A stretch of DNA of 64,000 nucleotides from Squalus acanthias. Taxonomy: Eukaryota. Both the position numbers and the translations under genes were made by a program. Position 1 is the stretch's first letter; every line of letters starts with the position of its first letter. The stretch spans positions 150,724,001-150,788,000 of the forward strand of contig CM059432.1 of assembly GCA_030390025.1 (NCBI GenBank). The letters are read 5' to 3'. Positions 63,075 to 64,000 of the stretch are shown piece by piece. The notes below the pieces were generated by a model. It ran no database searches and was not told the origin of the DNA. It was given only the letters and a program-made list of their open reading frames with translations.

Positions 63075-64000
63075 GACATAGACATAGGAGATAGGAGCAG
63101 GTGTAGGCCATTCGGCCCCTCGAGCCTGCTCTGCCATTTAATGAGATCATGGCTGATCATCCAAATTCAGTACCCTGTCTCTGCTTTCTCCCCATATCCC
63201 TTGATCCCTTTAGCCTTAAGAAATATATCTATCTCCTTCTTGAATATATTTAATGAATTGGCCTCAACTGCCTTCTGTGGTAGAGAATTCCACAGGTTCA
63301 CCACTCTCTGGGTGAAGAAATTCTTCCTCATCTCAGTCCTAAATGGGTTACCCCTTATCTTTGAACTGTGACCCCTGGTTCTGGACCCCCCCGCCATCGG
63401 GAACATCCTTCCTGCATCTAGTCTGTCTAGTCCTGTTAGAATTTTATAAGTTTCAATGAGATCCCCTCTCATTCTTCTAAACTCTAGTGAATATAAGCCT
63501 AATCGACCCAATCTCTCCTCATACGTCATTCCTGCCATCCCAAGTAAATCTTCGCTGCACTCCCTCCATGGCAAGAACATCCTTCCTCAGATAAGGCGAC
63601 CAAAACTGCACACAATACTCAAGGTATGGTCTCACCAAGGCCCTGTACAACTGCAGCAAGACATCCTTGCTCCTGTACTCGAATCCTTTCACTATGAAGG
63701 CCAACATACTATTTGCCTTCTTAACCGCCTGCTGCACCTGCATGCTTACCTTCAGCGACTGGTGCACAAGGACACCCAGGTCTCATTGCACTTCCCCTTC
63801 TCCCAATCTATTGTCGTTCAGATAATAATCTGCCTTCCTGTTTTTGCCACCAAAGTGGATAACCTCGCATTTATCCACATTATACTGCATCTGCCATGCA
63901 TCTGCCCAATCACCCAACCTGTCCAAATCATACTGGAGTTTCTCTGCATCCTCCTCACAGCACACACGCCCACCCAGCTTTGTGTCGTCTGCAAACTTGG
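63075..64000 (-). mobile_element. Young CR1 LINE 3' end, continuing beyond the window
   Basis: Same subfamily as 50345-51297. Confidence 0.95.

Noticed and set aside
50345..64000. Segmental duplication or LTR pair (50345-51297 versus 63075-64000)
   Set aside because: Similarity is confined to CR1 sequence and the flanks differ; these are independent insertions of one subfamily.

Overview
Vertebrate genomic DNA, not prokaryotic. The repeat set (CR1 and L2 LINEs, Deu-type SINEs, Penelope-like elements, Harbinger transposons) suggests a shark or other cartilaginous fish; this is inferred. The window appears to be mostly the 5' intronic region of an unidentified minus-strand gene whose CpG-island promoter and non-coding first exon lie at about 61.4-62.0 kb, next to a 1.2-kb two-domain minisatellite. 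No intact host CDS is recognisable, and the recognisable long ORFs are transposon-derived. Most notable: (1) two different Harbinger-family elements have inserted independently at the same nucleotide of a palindromic site inside two L2 copies, with empty copies of that site also present; (2) a 1.35-kb Penelope insertion forms a near-perfect 644-bp-arm palindrome with a 14-bp TSD and a hammerhead ribozyme in each arm, and a miniature version occurs at 56.4 kb; (3) a 3.2-kb Harbinger keeps an almost intact spliced Myb/SANT gene but has lost its transposase core. Boundaries of decayed repeats are approximate, and family names come from motif recognition, not database searches.
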